DNA of 64,000 nucleotides from Podarcis tiliguerta. Lineage: Eukaryota. The position numbers and the translations under genes were made by a program. Positions 61,214 through 64,000 of this stretch are shown piece by piece. Each line of letters starts with the position of its first letter. Positions within the stretch are counted from its first letter, which is position 1. The notes beneath the pieces are model-generated. The model was not told where the DNA came from. It saw only the letters and a list, made by a program, of their open reading frames with translations, and searched no databases. The DNA lies in the NCBI GenBank assembly GCA_965153285.1, contig OZ229114.1. One strand, 5' to 3'.

Positions 61214-64000
61214 CTGGAAGAGCAGAGGCAGGTGGTTACAACAGGCAAGGGTGCCTTCTAGAACAGTGGGAGAAGCTCACGCCATACCCTGATGCCATGC
61301 ATCTAAGGCAGGAATTTGTGGCCTTCCAAATGTTGCTGGATTACAACTCTCTCTATCCATTGTTCATGCTAGCAGGGGTTGGTGGAAGATGGAGCCCAAT
61401 ACCACCTGTAGGGCTGCAGGTTCTTCAACCCTGCTCTAAGAGTCCCTGAATCTACATCAACTTGGATACAAATAATTTTTTTTTTACAAAAATAGTTATG
61501 ATTATGGGGTACTGTTATTGGGTTGTTGTCAATGCTGCTCTTCTCATGCAACTGATTTCTGCTTGTTCAGTGGAAATATCCCCTTCTCTCATCTGAAGTA
61601 GATTTTGAGGGTGCAAGGGAAGAGGAGAGGGTGAGATACTTTGCACAAATGGAACATGGCTTGCACAGGTTTGGATGCTACCCATTTTTATTTTTTTATT
61701 TTTTTGATGATGTGCCACTCCTCATTGAGAGCACCATCTCAGAAGAGGCATTCCCTCCCTCCTTGTGTGAGCAAGAAGCAAGAATGACTCTTCTAAGATA
61801 GCGTCTGACACTTGCTTGCATTCAAAGAACAGTTGTTTTGATCTGCTACTTAATTGGAGGGCATCTCTTTAGTTGACCAGAAGGCCATTCAACAGCTGTT
61901 TAACCAATTCAGCATTGCAATCCTACCCAAAACTGATTGGAAATATGTTCTATGAGACTGTAGTTCACAACACTGGTAAGCCCTGCTGCAGTGGATTATA
62001 ACACAGTTCCTTATCTCTTCAGCATCACCTTAGAATACTGGTAAGGATTTTAGATTTGGAAATGCAGTTTGAAGGTTAGACATGGAGTAAATTCATACAT
62101 CCATATTCATTAGCTAGTAACTTAGATGTGTAAAACAGTCATCGTAGATCAAACATCATGAAGCTTTTATATCACAACAGATAGTAATTTCCGACTGAGG
62201 CAGTGCACATTATTGGCTGAGAACTGTACAACATCCATGTGTGAATCAGCCCTCCTATTGCATTTTATGGGCTATCCCTATATACAAGCAACATGTGCCT
62301 GCTGCTGTTGGAGCAAGAGGACTATCAATGGAACTTGGGAAGATGCTCTGTAGTAAGAAATGGAGCAGGTTCCCAAGACCATCAATGACTGGAAAACCTG
62401 AAACTCTGGGGTTATATGTCTTACAAAGAGTGGGGCTGGCAGGAACATATAGGAAAGATCACAGGATGACCTCAATTGAAGGGACACACCTAACAAAGCA
62501 AGAACAAGTTCTTCCAGAATAAACCACAGAGGGTTTTTTTTTTTGCTCCCCAAACACTCTTTCTTCCCCTGGTTGCCAGCCAACTCTGAGACTGGATTGA
62601 GCTGAATATACAGACTCATCCCACCTCCAGTTTGAATCCCAGCCAGCCAAAGACACAGATTAAAAAGTAAGAGCAGCAGATCATGCATGGTAAAAAGGTA
62701 AGAGCCTCAGGCTGATATGGAGTCTAGCCTTTGCATCTGTCTCCTTATTTAACGTAGGCTCAAGAACTACAACCCCAAAGCAAGATCCTCCATAAACACT
62801 GCAGACATCTGTCACATAACTTTAGGGAGTAAAAGTGTGTATCCTTCCTGAGGCTAACCCATTATAAACATTTTTGTTAAACACTCTGAGTTGTTCCAGC
62901 CGCCCCTAGATTTGTGACTATATGAATATAACTTCATAAACTGCCAGTTTGTAGCTGAATATCCCTTGGCAATTCTAATGGGCATTTCCTTTCTGGTCCT
63001 ATTTCATCCAGAAGGAGTCGGGTGGGGTGTACACACACACACACACACACACACAACTGAGCAGTGTGCCTCAATGACTGGAGCATTAGACTCGGTGTGG
63101 GTAATCCTGGGTTCACGACCCATTTCTGCCCTACCTTATTGTGTCACAATAATAATTAAACTGCATAAGACGCATGAAACAATACATTGAGTCACTTGTT
63201 CCTAACAATTATGCTCAGCATCTTCGTCTTTGTCATGCCATATTACTTTTTGTGTTCTCTTGACACTTTCATTTCCTAAACCCAGATTATCTAAGCCTTT
63301 AAAAACCTCATGCAGTTTCCTTCTTCATGAAGTATCCAAACAGTTCTGAAAAATTACTGGTATAACCAGACACTTTTCTTTATTCTTTCAAAGTGTCCTG
63401 GTTCCATTTGGAGTAAGGTCCACTGTGTTTGACCCATGCAATGATGTAACGTATATGTGAGTGTGAACTAAACTGTGGGTAACCAAAATAAAAATAAAAA
63501 ATCCTATTAATTCTGTATTTCCAGCTACACTTATAATTTGTTCTGCAGCAGAACTAAATTGCTTTTGAAGGAGATTGCCTTTTCTGCAGAAGCTTCCCAA
63601 GCCCTGCATACAGACTTCAAAGACACAGTTAATCAGACAGAAAGAGGGATAAATAAGCAAGCTTAAAGAAATGAAGATGTACAAAATTTGTGTCAGAAGA
63701 AAATAAGCTTGGCACTACCTATATTTTTCTTCATCGTATTGCATTATTTTTCCATCTTTTTGAAACACACACACACACACACACACCAATTCTGTAAAAG
63801 CCCATTCTCTCTGTATTGCCTTTAATACCATTAAGGTTTCTCCTGTGTTATGGAGCAGAGGACATGGATAAAACCAGAGGATTTTCAATAACCAAATTAT
63901 ATCTGCAAGAATTGAAATCACAAAAACAATTTGGAAGAATAACTTAAAGCTATGAAAGAGTTATGAATGCATGGAATATCTGTTACTTGATAAAGTTAAT

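Noticed and set aside
1-64000. CRISPR arrays, rRNA genes, operons or other prokaryotic systems
   Set aside because: None seen; the sequence is intron-rich vertebrate DNA

Overview
Vertebrate nuclear DNA, most likely a squamate/lacertid lizard (inferred from Sauria-type SINEs). It holds two convergent (tail-to-tail) spliced genes. (1) A complete CRTAC1 on the + strand: CpG-island promoter near 7.4 kb, 14 shared coding exons (7673-36730), and two alternative 3' ends. One is the known B/LOTUS-type hydrophobic last exon (37338-37456). The other is a pair of extra calcium-binding EGF exons (42658-42783, 43248-43378) with their own stop and AATAAA. (2) GOLGA7B on the - strand: coding exons 2-5 (61213 down to 55473), exon 1 not found in the window, and a U12-type last intron. 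The most striking unexplained signal lies just past the GOLGA7B stop. The stop is UGA-C, followed 10 nt later by a perfect 10-bp GC-rich hairpin and a 29-codon in-frame, coding-like extension ending in a class I PDZ-ligand motif (..QSTRF*). This is a candidate for programmed stop-codon readthrough. The same ~150 bp on the + strand corresponds to the human CRTAC1-A shared exon, here one base away from having its splice acceptor. The rest is introns and intergenic DNA with SINEs, CR1 ends, MITEs, a solo LTR, microsatellites and a 160-N gap. Gene identities rest on recalled protein sequences, not database searches.
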